64,000 bases of DNA from Massalongia carnosa (Eukaryota): positions 2,480,001 to 2,544,000 of the forward strand of contig OZ287067.1 of NCBI GenBank assembly GCA_965645245.1, read 5' to 3'. The translations under genes and the position numbers were made by a program. Below the pieces are notes generated by a model. It ran no database searches, had not been told where the DNA came from, and worked only from the letters and a program-made list of their open reading frames with translations. Position 1 is the first letter of the stretch, and every line of letters starts with the position of its first letter. Positions 1-11,776 of the stretch are shown piece after piece.

Positions 1-2525
1 GCAACGCTACCTACGGAATCAGCAGCCTCCTGCCGCAAGATTTGTCCAACGTCCGGGCGCTCATAGCGGAACCGGACGTCGTCAGGGAGCCATTCGAGAT
101 CAACGGCATGATTTTTAATCGCCGGGGGCGACGATCCAGTGACAAAGAGATCAAACTTAATCTTTGGGTTGGACGACGCCTCGGCGAGTTCCGTGTTCAT
201 GACGTCACTAATAAACGCGTGCTGCCTTGCAGCCCAGATGATGCGCGCTCGCTTGGTGATAATACGTCGAGAGAACTCGGTAGTGGATTGGTTCAAGAAC
301 TCTTGGATATAAGCTAGGACGACAGAGATACCGCTGCCCCCAGCGACGAAGATAACTGTATCGTATTGGAAGACCGGAGCAGTCTCACCATAAGGACCTT
401 CTACCAAGGCGGTCAATTCTTTGAACCTGGTTCCACTCTTGTTAATCGCGTCTCGCAGACACAAGGTTGACCCTTTGTGTGGGCGAATCAGGAAATGAAG
501 CTTCGTGGGAGACTTGACATTCGATTCCTGCGACATTTCGCAATCGCTGTTGCTCTCGCTCCACATGGGAGACATGTTTACTTTCTCATGATCATTAGTA
601 ATAGAACGATTGGGGGCTGCCACTGGACTGATTTGCCCGCCATGAGTCCAACCGCACATTGTAAAAGGGTGGTTACCCACGGCTTTCAATATGAATGGAA
701 AGTGCAGGTAATAGTGTGTTCCAGGTCTTGGTTGTTGATGGTAGGACGGAGTAAAAGTAAGACGAATAATATCATGTTCTGGGTTGTATACTGCAATGAC
801 CTTCGTGTGCCGAATAAAGGCGACTTTGTAATTGAGCACAAGCAGCCTCATAAGCCTGACAAAATGATCGAAGACCCAGATTGCGACGCAAGGCCACAGA
901 AAAGGCTCAAAGTTCCCTCCCAGTATCTTAACGTGGCTTTGATGTACAAGTTAGCTGTGGAGTATGAGAAGATGTAAATATGCTTACTAGAACGTTGTTA
1001 CTAATGCCATCAAGGCAAGGCCTGCGTGTAAGGCCAGGAAGACCTCATATGCTTTTTGACGGATTGGGTATATTGAGAATAGCACCAGGAAGCTCATACT
1101 TATGGTAGCCTAAAATCCGTTAGTTTTGACACGCAAGTTTGGCTTCTGTAAGCCTGTAAAGGGTTCACGAATCGAAAAGAAAGATCTTACGATTACACCG
1201 CAATACCAGTATTCTTCTTTGAAGACTTTTGCGAGCGACGTTCTCCCTCCATCTGGTAAAGTAAGTGCGTGTGATGTAACTAAGTGGACCATGCAACACT
1301 AACCCATGTACACCAGATACGTAGAGCCTATTGAATGAATAATCGCCTCAATAGCGACTACTCTTGCTACATATCTGTGAAATATATTGAATGTCCCAAA
1401 GTTCCACCCGGTCAGCCAGAGAAAGATATCGTTTCTGCCAGCAAATATCCACAGTAGGGGTAAGTTTGCGACAGCAAGGAAGCCGGTACGACCAGTAACG
1501 TAAGCTAAGATTTGCTCATTCTCTCGAGACCAGCTGGTCATGCCTCTTAGTTTTATCCCCCCCCCCGCATACTTCAGAGATAGGAGCGCGTATACATACA
1601 AAATGTTCTGGAGGAAAGAGGTGTATCTGATCGAGGACAAGATTATATTCAGCCCCACAAAGCCGACTATAATCAGAGACTGGACCCGCGTCGGAATAGT
1701 GCACCAGCCCAGGGGCTCTTGATGGCGATAACCAAAGGTTCCTGGAAGAATGATATATTGTTTGGTCCATCGTTGAATACCACTAAAAAGTGACTTGCAG
1801 GAAGGTTGTCGGCGTTCAACCGTTTCAGTATCTGGATAGGATCTCTCATGGACCAGTCGGACTACAAATGCAAAGAGCCGGTTGATCATCCCGATAAGGA
1901 GAATGGTTCCCCAAAAGCCATACATGGCCCAGCTGTAGTGAGGGCTATGTTAGCTTTGTACGTGCCGAGCGACTTGAAGCCACTTACCTAAAATCCTGAT
2001 TGTTCTTACTCGTATTCTCATACACATCCTGCGATTTTAATTAGTAAAAAAGCGAAAGAAGCTAGCAAGGAGCGTTGATATTGGGATTACTAATGTCTTG
2101 TAGGCAAGATGGAACAACTCTTGTGACGGAAGCACTGTAGTGTTGAAAATCTTATTCCAGGGTTCTACACTATATTCTATCACAGGCATGGCTCGAATGG
2201 CCTCATCCGAGAAAGTTAATACGGTAGAATCGTAAGCGGGTGGAATGACGTTAGTCCTAGTGATGCATTCACTGGAAATATATTGTACCCCAGTTTTGAT
2301 CTGATAGGGGGAACAATGGGTCTTGGAGCAAAGACATATCGACGACCACCTCAAAGTGTCTTTACAATAGCTAGTGAAGTGGTTATCAGTCTTGATAGTG
2401 GTTCCAAAATCGACATTTGACAAGGATTCCCGGCATGCAACAACGCAGAGCTGAGACTTTGTGGGGTCACCACCTCGCAACGATTTAGGGAGAATTGCAT
2501 GTAAAATGAAAATTAGAGGTAGCAT
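1..2525 (-). CDS. Ferric/cupric reductase (FRE family), multi-exon, 3' end beyond left window edge; exact start uncertain
   Basis: Spliced minus-strand translation gives a Cys-rich N-terminus, TM region with FAGRNDIFLWLTGW..TFNIFHRYVAR and IHSI heme-His motifs, YEVFLALH, FAD motif NHPFT, and NADPH motifs VEGPYG and FVAGGSGIS in an open frame from ~938 to the edge. Confidence 0.9.
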
Positions 2526-3125
2526 CTTTACGGACTAGCAAAATGCTATTAGGAAGATTGATGATACAGAAACTGAGGAGCAGAAACGAGAGCGACAGGA
2601 GGGTTTTTCATCTCAAACGTTGTACATGGAAGGGCCAGGACCGAGACCGGACGCAGATTGGGCAGGAGCTTCTGCTGCAACCCCGCCGATTTCAAAGAGA
2701 TATATGCTGAGACGGATAGTATGATGATGATGCATCCTGAGTAGCATAGACAACTCACTACACGCGTCGGTCCTGCTTCTTTCAAGCTCTGCGAGGTGAA
2801 GAAAGCTTTGGAAAGGAAACAGATTCGATCCAGTTGGGATCTCGTCTTTTGCATAAGCGATTGACACCTCACCGGTAAAGAGAAGAGTATATGCAAGGCC
2901 AGCTCTCAATCCCACTGGTACGAACGGCTAGTTAGAGCGTCCTACGTAGAGATGCATATGTAAGAAAACAAATTACTTACTGGACTCTACATCTACACTC
3001 GGTATCTCGGTACTCTTACTTTGTGCTTCATACAGAGCGTTCCACACAAACAATGGTTCAATGTGGCGGATCTTCCAAGTTGAGCTTAAACCTACTTAAC
3101 AAACCCCGAGCCAGCGAGTGAAACA

Positions 3126-3166
3126 ATCAGATAAAGTATCACTATCTGATTAGATCAATCAGATAA
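3126..3166. promoter_or_regulatory. Cluster of SreA/GATA iron-repressor-type boxes
   Basis: ATCAGATAA at 3126-3134 and 3158-3166, plus ATCAGATAG on the minus strand at 3142-3150; matches the ATCWGATAA SreA consensus; about 600 bp upstream of the ferric reductase. Confidence 0.7.
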
Positions 3167-4112
3167 CGTGGTTAGATTCTCTTTGGCCTCTCCATTTACC
3201 TGCAGTCATAACCATAACGAGTAACGGCAATGCACCTTCCTCGATATAGTACGTACTCTGTAGAATTCATGTGTTATATCTGTAAGGCGGTTTCCTTTCA
3301 GTCTAGTTATAAGTTAGTCACGATTTGATATTGATCTGTCATAAGTACTCCGTAGAATACGTACGAAGTAAATTGCTCGGTACCCACCACTACTATCAAA
3401 CCTTCAGAACCTTAACTACTTTTCCTGCAGGCAGAGAAAACAAATTTGCCCAAGGAGAAGTGTATCCGTACCTATCATTCTTGGTTACATAAGTATAGAC
3501 CAACGGCATTGCGTCCTGTAGATAGATAGTGATTATCTGGACATGATCAAGTTGCCTGCTCCGACCTCGCAGCCTCATTGATCCTCAAGACATTGAGAAG
3601 GAGCAAGAAGTTCAAGTATCACATTATGAGCCGGCTCAACCAAGGCATTCGGAAGCGTGAAAGAGTATAGCGCTGTGACTAGCATTAAAGTCCATCCCGT
3701 CTTGGTTCAGATATCCCCTTGCCATCGTTTAAACTCTAGCTTGGCGTAAACTGCCTCCAGCTGCATTGATGGTTTCTTCCAAAAGTTAAGGGGTGATGAT
3801 AATTTCATGTAATTGGAACCGTATGCTCTATCACGCTATTCCTGATGCTTTGCATAGAGGAGTATGTACTCCGTACTCTGTATAGAGTGTAGAGCATTGA
3901 GGAATCCTACCGGCATTTCGTAAGTCGGTAGTCAAAACACCCTGCATCACACATATGATCCTTGGAGTCTGCATAGCAGGATAATGACTGTGCAGAAAAA
4001 GCCTCTGCACCTGAACGCAGGCTGCCTCAAAGACCCGCTCTCTTAGCGAAAGCTTCCGCACCAATGAAATAATTTGAACCTCATCTTCTTTTGAAGGGAA
4101 AGCTTCAAAAAA

Positions 4113-4812
4113 TCTATCTTTGTTTAAATGAATAGTTGACGGTATAATGTTGAAATTACTACGGAGGTGACTGCTTATAGCAGTCATGGCAGCCTGCAGG
4201 GCTGAGCTAGAACTAATGGGGCTAAGCGAGTATCCCAACAATCTTGGCTAATATTAGGCTTTAAGCACGATTTAAGATCCTAAAATGTAACTGTGATCTG
4301 AGCTCTAACCTATGAGTCCACCTTGAGATATTTAGACTACCAAACACCTTCGAGATCAACACATTCATAGCTCTCTCTCGATTTTCAAATTTTGGAGTTT
4401 GCAACAGCTAAGCAGAGTATTAGCCTGCTTTACGCAGCGCAAAAATAATAGCTTCTTGGCACATCCAGATTGCACTTGACGGTTTGGGTGAATGTTTAAT
4501 AAAGCTAAGTGATCTTTCTTGTGTTCTTCTACGTAGTGTGTCCAATGGAAGCTAGATGTTGCCATAGTGGGGACTTTGATATTCTCCCACTTTGCCGCTT
4601 CGAGGCGAAGCTGAAGTATCGAGGTGTGCACGATGAAGTCATCAATAACGAACAGACGAACCCCCTCGCCGATTAGGATGTATCCAACAGGATCGTGAGT
4701 ATTGATAATGTTGGAATACTCGCTTAGCCCCATTAGCTCTAGCTCAGCCCTGCAGGCTGCCATGCCTGTTATCTCAACATTATGCCGTCAACTGTTTATT
4801 TAACAGATAAGA
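4113..4812. repeat. Inverted duplication (arms ~4113-4240 and ~4708-4812)
   Basis: CATGGCAGCCTGCAGGGCTGAGCTAGAACTAATGGGGCTAAGCGAGTATCCCAACA (4185-4240) recurs as a reverse complement at ~4709-4764 with 2 mismatches; a second weaker block (AGTTGACGGyATAATGTTGA) extends the match. Confidence 0.85.
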
Positions 4813-5247
4813 CATCACTTTAACACCACAAAGCATCAAATAACACACTCGATTACATTTGAAGGATGACCTCAATTGTGTGGAGGAATACAGGTTTCAC
4901 CCATATATCATTCTAATCTATGCAGATCAGTCAAGCGTAATGAACGAATGTTCTACAGTAGAAGCTCATTCAAGGGATTCTTACCATTTCAGCATCACTT
5001 TACAACAAGCTAAGGAAACCAAGTGCACAAGATCACCGCACGATCAAACATAAGCTGATTTTCGGCAAAGTGAACTGAGAACACTCAAGTAGTTGTGAGT
5101 ATTTGAGGCGAGCTCAGTGTATTAGCTAATCTCTAGTCATACCCAAAGCAGTACTTAGATTGCCAGATGTAGGAAAGACACGAGCAAGCGAAATGGATTG
5201 GGCTCATGTTCGTGATCTAACGTGAATCTGACTGATGAGGTATAAGC

Positions 5248-7370
5248 ATGCATGCCTCGTTCTGTTTGAAGCAGATAATATTTCTTGAACGGAGAAAGGC
5301 AAGGAGGAGACATAGAGTCTCAATAGAGCGAATCAAGGATAGGAGTGGCTTTGATGTTGGAAATTCCAGCCACAATTTATCACGTGACAATGAGCTTTCA
5401 CTCCTTACTCTTTCAGCTTCATCTTATGTTGTAACTCACAGAGTCCTCGATCACAGACTACATAGCCATTATGTTCTGATACCATTAGGCTGCCTCGCTG
5501 AGTTGATGCTAAAAGAAAAGACGGATGATGTGGTGAGTCATGCCCATAAAGTATTGATTATATAGAGAACAACTTTTTGGGATGATTAAATGGCGAAGCC
5601 TAAGAATCTTCGATATCAATATGGCGATTAGGACTCTCTCTATAACAGCTAACCAGGATTCGTCTGAGCCATGCAAGCTTAACGCACACGATACAGACGT
5701 ATGGGGCATGGTAATAAACAACAGCCGACCCAAAGAAAGAAGCTTTCCAAGTTTGCCAAAGTACCTTAGAACTCCTCCAGCATTCACCCTTGGGTCCAGC
5801 TTCTTGGTGACGGCTCGACAGCTGTCAAGTCTGGCCGACCATCTAACCGTCTTCTCGTCCTGTATAGCTCAAAAACAACTGTCTAGGCTCGAATGCCACA
5901 GTAACATTACAAGAAGCTTCGAAACCAACATCTATGCATGTACCTCACCAGCTGCAGGTATAGAGTTCATGAAAAGAAATAAATTCTCGTGCAAGCAATT
6001 AGATCTGGAATAGGCCGCGGCAGTTATCATATTAGGGATTATCAACGATGATAGGCTTAAGAATAAAGACGTTATAGCAGGGTCACTACTACAAGAGCTA
6101 GATCATAAAATGCTACGCCAGAGCAGTATGTGGTTAGAAGACTTGGAATCGCTCAATAAGGAGAGCGTAAACATTCAAAAATATAATCGTCTTAGCAGTT
6201 TCGTACGAAGAATCATTCAGGAAAAGCATCATGATCCATTAGGCGAATTAAATGATTGAATCGCCATGCTCAACATTCTAATGCGAGTGCGGCGTTCTAT
6301 TCGCCCTGAGCGATGCCTATTCATACCTCAGTGGATATTTGACGCTGCAGATGAAGAGATACCAAATACGTTTCGTTCATGGGATGAAAAGGGTTACATG
6401 AGCCCTGGAACTTATCCAGCATCTCACGATGACGAGAATGTGATAACCGTTTCGCACAAAGAATTCAGCGCTCTACAATGCCGCATTCTTTACTATTACC
6501 TTTTCTGGATCCCAGAGGCCCACCTTCGAAAGGCTGTGGACGAGCTAGAGCAAAACGTGAGGTACTCAGCCAAGTACATGAGATCGAAAGTCGACGTTTT
6601 GAACGACACTCTGTATGTGACCCATTACTTCTTCGCCCTGCAGCGACGACTGCGGCGCAAAGTCGTATCGGATTTTTCTTAGACAGAGTTCCTTGCAAAA
6701 GGTGAACCGTCAATTATTATACAGAATAATCCTAAGATCGTTACCTCCATTGAACAGAGGTTGAGTAGCTTCCGGTTAGTCTAGCATTCCCATAATCGGA
6801 GATATCGCTCAGCTTATCGATGAATGCTACCTTCTTATGGAAAATTACGTGTCCGTCTATGGTAACTGTGATAGCTCAACCCTTGTTTTTACCATAGGCG
6901 CGCGAGGAGGGAGTGGCCGAGGTGCCGTGAATCAGTATAACTTACTTTGCGACTTACTATCCTACCTCTACAAGACTAAACAAGCCTCGGAGTTGAAAAA
7001 GCCGGGACCAGTTCACAATTTTCTTGCTAAGGATATTATGTCCTGGAACAACGCCTTCGCCGACGATGCATTTGCGAATGGCAAGGTACCAGGATGGGAA
7101 CTCTATCTGGCTGAGAGACGAGCTGAAGGGGTGCTTGAGACCATGAAGATGTTTTCGATTAGTCGTTAGCTTCTTGATCCAAGACTTTTTGATTATATCG
7201 AAGTTGTCTAGTAAGCCTCGATACAGTACATTTAAGCTCTTGGTGAAGATATAAGCTCAGCCCATCCACTTATTGCTTGCAGCCTTCCAGACAGGTTTAC
7301 TCGCCATGGCGCATCTAAGGGCCCTGAATTCTTGTCTACGTTCAGCATGACTATTTGTTCGAGTTAACTT
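5248..7370 (+). pseudogene. Decayed large ORF of unknown family
   Basis: ORFs 5582-6013 and 6266-6682 are in one frame separated only by isolated stops (TAG 6011, TGA ~6257, TAG 6680); protein-like sequence continues in adjacent frames (5248-5565, 6837-7370) with isolated TAG/TAA. Confidence 0.5.
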
Positions 7371-8510
7371 ACAAAAACTTACTATGTCGATTCAGAAAGT
7401 GGTATATATGCCGCAGGCATACGGATTATAGTGCTCTCCATCTTTCTAGTTAACAAATTGGCTAGTTCGATTTACGTCAAGTCGAAAGAATATCTGACGT
7501 TGAATTTTCTCAAGCTTTTACTGATATAAGTATTACACCCAAAAAAAAAAACAGTTCCCTAAACGACTTGATGAGAGATTCTTCAGCCGGGGAACTCGAT
7601 TTTTACGATTTTCTTGCTACGTTTTCTATCGATAAAATACCTCACAACTTTCGCGAATCCCTCTAGCGTTTTCTTGATTTTCTTTCCAGGAAATCGTTAG
7701 TTGGGAGTCTTGCTATCTTGAAGGATAGGACGAGCCACAAGGTCCCTTCAAGATGTCGAACAATAAATTTTATACGCTTGCCATGTGCATTTTGATACAA
7801 TCGCTGCTTTCAACCAAGTTTCGATATCGCAGGCTTTTGCTCCTGTACCGTAAATGCAGAAATCCAAAGCAATGGCGGAGGCATGAAAGAGAAAGTAGAA
7901 CCGTCAACTGGATAAACGATTGGACAGGCGAATAGGTAGATAACCTGCTGCATGGATAGCTAGATGGATGGCCGAGATTTCACAACATTAGGGTTTCCCT
8001 TCTGTATCTCTCGAGAACCCACTATCCAAGCGCTTCCCAGAATATATAGTAATAATTGATGATCTAGCAACTCTGCACTAATGGCTCCCCCTCTTCCCCT
8101 TTCTCAAAAACCACAACTACCCTAACCCAACTTATCCCCACCTCCCCCCCCCCGGCCTACCCAACCGAGCTGGCCCACTACAGCCGCAAGAGAAGCCTCA
8201 TGCCGCCCTAAGTGAAATGAAGTGAAGAGAAAGGGGCGAAGAAAGGAGAAATTGGATTGGAGGGAGATGAGTATCGCAGAAAACTAAAATAAATAAAAAG
8301 CGAGCCTAGTGGAAGATGTGCTGTTTGGCCCCGAGAGGCCCCCCGGTCTTGCGGGTAGTTGTGTATGTAAGAGATACGATACATACGATACATAGCTATC
8401 TATGTGTTTATAAATGTGGGTCCTTGCAGGAGAGGAGAGGCGAAGAGCAGCCAACTAACTGACTCTGGTCGCGGGAATGGAACGGAGAGAGAGACGAGAA
8501 GGAGGGGGTA

Positions 8511-8543
8511 TGGATGAATGGATGGATGGATGGATGGATGGAT
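8511..8543. repeat. (TGGA)n microsatellite
   Basis: tatggatgaatggatggatggatggatggatggat. Confidence 0.9.
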
Positions 8544-8759
8544 AACATGGGCTTAGAAGGGAGATGATATAACTAGCTAGGTTTTTTTGTCTTGGAAATG
8601 AGAAAAATCAAGAAGAGAGAGATAAATCCATGCATACATACACTTGCATACCTCCTTTCCCCCCCCCCGCTATACCTGCAAGTCGACATCTCATCGCGAT
8701 TCGCTTGCAAATCCCCCAAACCCAGCTATCTAGCTAGCTAGCACAAAGCTCCTGGGTTC

Positions 8760-11358
8760 TCACTCCCCTTTCGGCGCCGGGCCCTTAGGCCCTTCCTCAT
8801 TCGCCTCTACCCACGCTTCATGCAGCTTCTTCTGCCTCTTCCACTCCTTCCGCAACTTATTCGCCCGGCTCTTCGTTAGCTCTAGGCCATCTTTGTCCCG
8901 AACGGGCAGGCCGTCGGCGTCCCACTCGCGAAACTCGTCCGAGGTGCGGAACATATCCAGAGGGCTTAGGCGACCTTTGTCCGCGCGGGCGGCCGCCTCT
9001 TTTTTCTTGTCCAGCTTGGCACGTTCTTTGAGATGGTCGCGCGCTTCCTTTTCGGCGCGGGCGTGGCGGAGGGTTTTGCTGACCGGGCGGACGAGGGCTG
9101 GCTGGCTGCCATCGCGGTCTTCAAGGTAGATGCCTAGGTCCCAGAGATCGTGGTCGCGGACACGATCACAGACTTCGAGGACCTCTTTCGATAGGGAGGG
9201 CGAGTCTTTCAGGGTGAAGATTTCTGTGCGGAATTTGCGAAGAACTCCTTCGTAAGGGTTCGAGGTGGGTTCAGGAGCCTCGGGAGCTTCGCTTGAAGCG
9301 TATTTAGCTTCGCGGAGCGTTTGTGTGGAAAGCCCAACTGGCGCCCTGGCTTTTTGGCGCAAGTCGTCGCGAAATCTCGACAGAGAGAAAAGATACAGCT
9401 TGGCGTCTTCAGGGACGTCGATTCCGGTCCAGCCGATCTTGGTGTCGTCAGGTGAAGCGTCGCCGTTCAGCCCAAACATGTTCTCAATCGAAGTCACCCA
9501 TTGCGCAATTTTTCGCGTTGTTTCGAATCCTACGGATACTCGATCTGCGGAGTTGTAGGTAGATATCAACTCCGAGATGATGGCCATGACAGCGGGGGTG
9601 TTGAAAGAGTCGCACAGCGCGTTGAAAGTATCATCCAAAGCTTTTTGAAGAGCTTCGCCCAACTTTCGTTCCACCTCTTCGCCTCCTTTTGCTGGGACGA
9701 GGGCGTTTTCGGCGATGTCTGTTGCCTTGATAAAGAAGTTCTACATGGTATTAGCATGATGTCATCTCGACGCCTTTCAAATCATACATCTAACTTATCT
9801 TCCCAGGATGTTCCTGCTTTGACTAGATCGTCAGTTATCTCAATCCCCTCTTTCCATCCTCCAAGGAGAAAAACTATCCTAAGTCCTCGTGGTGTCCAGT
9901 CGCCCCGTTCTAAAGCATCCCGAATAGTAGTGAAATTTTTCAATGATTTCGACATTTTCGACCCTTGTATTGACAAATGTCCCATGTGTAAGAAATAATT
10001 AACCCATTGGTGATCATGTTGGTTCTTGCTTTTGTCCAACCAGTACGCCTCGCTTTGAGCCAGTTCATTATCGTGGTGCGGGAACGCTAAATCTATCCCT
10101 CCAGAATGAATGTCCAGCTGGCTACCGAGTTTATCCGACGCCATCGCTGAGCACTCTATATGCCATCCAGGTCTACCATTCCCCCAGGGGCTCGACCAAC
10201 TCGGCTCCCCAGGCTTAGAGGATTTCCAGACTGCAAAATCCGCGTCCGATCTTTTCTCCGAAGACTTCTTCGTCAACGATCCTTCTCCGTCGGCTTGCAA
10301 ATCCTTGTCATTGCGATTCCACGGCTCAAGCCGAGCATAGGTGTTCTGATCTCTTTCAAAAGCCTCAATGTCGAAATAAATAGAGCCGTCAGATGTGGTA
10401 TAGGCGTACCCGTTGTCCTGCACCTTTTGTACAAAGTCTACAATTTGGGAGCCATACTCCGTGACTCTAGTGATCTCGTTAGGATCCAGACAGTTCAATG
10501 CTCTCATATCCTCCATGAAGCGGTTCTCAAACTTTTTTGTTAGCTTCGTGAAAATTGAATGATCACTAGCATCAATGGAGGATCCGTATAGAGAATCAAG
10601 ATACGGAAGCAGGATGTCTTGTACCCCGTCGTAATACTCTAGTTGGGGAGTGGGGGAATCTGGTGTTGAGCTAAGTACGTCTGAAGCCAAAGTAACGGTG
10701 TTTATGTGCATTTTGATTTTGGCCTCTTTGTCGCCAGGAGCGGCACCATCTAGTGATCCACCTTTCAAGACCACACCATAATGCTTTTCTACCAATGATC
10801 TGACCTGTGTCGGAGGCGTTGACTCAGGTACTAATGGTAGGTTCTTTGCAAGATATGCTTTCAAAGCCGCGAGGCCTGTGTCTATGGCGGATGTTGAGTC
10901 ATTCCTTCTCGTCTCAGGATTTCGGAACTCCTCAAGGAGATGCTGCTGCCGACCCCTGATAATTATCTGCAGGAATTCTTCTGTCATTATTCTTCATGTT
11001 GGAAAGGCAACTGAGGTATCCTTGATAAGACGTCTCGAAGGTAGTTTCGAAAACGTACCTTGTCGTCAACATCTGTAATATTCATGACGAATTCTACATC
11101 GAACTTGAAGAAATCCCGCATGATTCTTCGTAGTATATCGGTGCTCACATAATTCCTCGCATGCCCAAGATGCGCATCATCATATACTGTGGGACCGCAT
11201 GCATACCACGTGACCTTTTTATTTTTCCAGTCCAACGGAACAAAGAGGGTTTTTGTTCGGGTCAGAGAATTCCATATCTTCAGCGGAGGCAGCTGTAAGC
11301 CTGGGTCTGCTGGAGGCGGAGGCCGCCATGATGGCTGTTGGCGGGCTGAAGTTGTCAT
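8760..11358 (-). CDS. CRS1: Cysteinyl-tRNA synthetase (3 exons; introns 10967-11058 and 9741-9787); possible longer isoform from ATG 11568
   Basis: [20 protein letters not shown] (HIGH-like), [40 protein letters not shown] and KMSKSLKN motifs; the GT..AG introns keep frame. Confidence 0.97.
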
Positions 11359-11776
11359 CGTTTTCGGACGAACACGCCTTTGTACTCCAATCAAGCAATT
11401 CAATGATGACTCAGCACGGGATGAAGGTATTCGAGATGAGAGACTACACCAAGGAGAAAGGTATAGGGATTGAGGCTTTACGACGTGGTAGGAAGGAAAG
11501 GTTGAAGCAGTGGGGATTAGAACATGAGAATGCGCGCGGAAGGATTGAATCGCCAGTCGGAAAAGCATGTAACACGAGATGAACTCAAGGAATGAGTCAA
11601 TGGGATGGATGACCAACGATCAATGGAAACTGTCAAGGTACTGTCAAGACAATCAGGTCTCTATCTGACCCTTCTCTCTCCAAATATCGTATAGGAAGTA
11701 CCGAACCAGTAAGACATACCGGAGTACTCGTACACTATACAGGGTATGGTATTCAAATACGGAGTACTTTGAATGG

